A DNA stretch of 61,973 nt, from positions 1 through 61,973 of the forward strand of contig CAYTXS010000001.1 in assembly GCA_964441585.1 (NCBI GenBank), read 5' to 3'. Positions 61,275-61,973 of this stretch are shown one piece after another. The notes beneath the pieces are model-generated. The model saw nothing but the letters and a program-made list of their open reading frames with translations, made no database searches and was not told the origin of the DNA. The first letter of the stretch is position 1. Each line of letters starts with the position of its first letter. Origin of the DNA: an uncultured Thioalkalivibrio sp. GTDB taxonomy: Bacteria; Pseudomonadota; Gammaproteobacteria; Steroidobacterales; XN24. The position numbers and the translations under genes are program-made.

Positions 61275-61973
61275 TCCGGCTCCATTCCTGTACCGCTTCG
61301 GCTGCGGCGAGCCCGCTCTTCACACCGTCTTCATGAAAGCCATAGCCGAGCCAGGCCCCGCAGTAGAAACTGCGCTCCTGGCCCATCAGCTCGCCCCGGC
61401 GGCGCTGAGCCGCGACCCCTTCCGGAGTATAGACGGGGTGTTGGTAGACGAATTTGCGGATGATCTTGTCGGGGTCGATCGCCACGGTCGGATTCAGCGT
61501 GACCAGCAACTGTGCGCGCGCTTCCAGGCTCTGCAGGATGTTCATGTTGTAGGTCACCGATACCGCATCGCTCGACGAAGCGGGAATGCGGTAATTCCAC
61601 GCCGCCCACGCCTTTTTCCGTTTCGGCAACAGGCCCTCGTCGGTGTGCAGCACGGCCAGGTTGGGCTGGTACGGGATCGCGCCGAGCACATCGCGTTCCG
61701 CCGCCGTCGGGGTCGCCAGCATCGCCAGGGCCTGGTCGCTGTGGCAGGCGAAAACAACGGCATCGAATTTTTCCCGCTGCCCGTCGCGTAACACCAGTTC
61801 CACGGAAAATTCATCGCGGTGCACCCGCGCCACCGGCGCGTTCAGGCGGATGCGCTCCGCGAAGGGCGCCGTGAGCGGGCCGACATAGCTGCGACTGCCG
61901 CCACGGATGACGCGCCATTGCGGCCGGTCGTTCACCGACAGAAGACCATGATTGGCGAAAAACTCCACGAAGT
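61243..61973 (-). CDS. FAD-dependent oxidoreductase/amine-oxidase family, 3' part; start lies beyond the window
   Basis: FACHSDQAL, AWAAWNY, TYNMNILQ, CGAWLGYGFHEDG. Confidence 0.88.
   Translation of the reverse strand, partial: FVEFFANHGLLSVNDRPQWRVIRGGSRSYVGPLTAPFAERIRLNAPVARVHRDEFSVELVLRDGQREKFDAVVFACHSDQALAMLATPTAAERDVLGAIPYQPNLAVLHTDEGLLPKRKKAWAAWNYRIPASSSDAVSVTYNMNILQSLEARAQLLVTLNPTVAIDPDKIIRKFVYQHPVYTPEGVAAQRRRGELMGQERSFYCGAWLGYGFHEDGVKSGLAAAEAVQEWSRNAELPLLRAS

Overview
A gene-dense, GC-rich chromosomal window from a Gammaproteobacterium (lineage inferred from the fnr-uspE pair, aceK/icd, the rimK cluster and cbb3 gene order). About 51 CDS, two truncated at the window edges. I saw no rRNA, tRNA, CRISPR array, integrase or transposase. 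Left to right: an MMPL/RND + LolA-like + beta-barrel export operon; an FNR-box-preceded ACP-like/DUF4112/GGT operon; corA-protease-rimK-M14 deacylase-PAP2; a QueD-like gene; htpX; a Cu/Ag CusCBA-type efflux operon with a CxxC/RAPP leader ORF; an orphan PdsO-like OmpA protein; a CbiM-like permease and an M17 peptidase; icd-aceK-Lit-like; oligopeptidase B and an MFS transporter; a TonB receptor; a large AAA_35 NTPase-TM-P-domain-WD40 protein followed by an EexN-like lipoprotein; fbaA; the full ompW-ccoNOQP-ccoGHIS cluster divergent from fnr-uspE; an S9 peptidase; a PhnD-like binding protein with a 5xPAS-GGDEF-EAL protein; and a cfa/DUF1365/FAD-oxidoreductase lipid cluster. The best candidates for undescribed biology are two. 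(1) A metal-sensing ribosome-arrest leader (CPHC plus RAPP) whose stop codon abuts a hairpin hiding the Shine-Dalgarno of the efflux operon. (2) An effector-less, membrane-spanning STAND-like NTPase with a convertase P-domain inside its WD40 region, next to an orphan entry-exclusion-like lipoprotein. All family calls come from motif recognition by eye, not database searches.
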